From Eubacteriales bacterium (GTDB lineage: Bacteria > Bacillota > Clostridia > Oscillospirales > CAG-272), in assembly GCA_045533915.1 (NCBI GenBank), contig JAZSIP010000081.1, positions 1-47,431 on the forward strand: a DNA stretch of 47,431 bases, in the 5' to 3' direction. The position numbers were made by a program, and so were the translations under genes. The notes under the pieces are model-generated. The model saw only the letters and a list, made by a program, of their open reading frames with translations. It was not told the origin of the DNA and ran no database searches. Below, piece by piece: positions 47,351-47,431 of the stretch. Position 1 is the first letter of the stretch, and the number at the start of each line of letters is the position of its first letter.

Positions 47351-47431
47351 TCCAAATTCTCACATATTTCTGCCACCTTGAATACAAAATCTCCTTCCGG
47401 AATACAAATTCCTAAATCTAACGGCAAAACT

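Overview
Chromosomal window from a spore-forming Bacillota (Clostridia-like) bacterium. Most of it is core genome: rsmB-rlmN-PASTA-rsgA-thiN, ygiQ, rimP-nusA-ylxR-L7Ae-infB, gdpP-rplI-dnaB-tilS-ftsH, ogg, DUF6062-mnmM-VanY-like peptidase-GlmU-like acetyltransferase-glmM, a MarR plus heterodimeric ABC exporter, and spoIVB. The right end is accessory: a serine hydrolase, an AT-rich Xre/membrane-protein islet, an AraC-linked GH/GH3/SDR/MBL/DgoD sugar-acid cluster, and a nonsense-mutated MBL pseudogene. Signals not in the ORF track: (1) a glmS ribozyme 20 nt after glmM that is followed by a terminator with no glmS gene; (2) two small ORFs, a 48-aa membrane protein and a 26-aa SpoVM, behind back-to-back sigmaE/K-type promoters shared with a degenerate AsnO-like gene; (3) a REP-like palindromic repeat in two copies; (4) a promoter running straight into a terminator; (5) several candidate operators. 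Several canonical operons each lack a member here (stp and the pknB kinase domain, rpe, rbfA, hpt, glmS, spo0A). No CRISPR array, tRNA, rRNA, transposase or integrase was seen. All calls come from reading motifs by eye; no searches were run.
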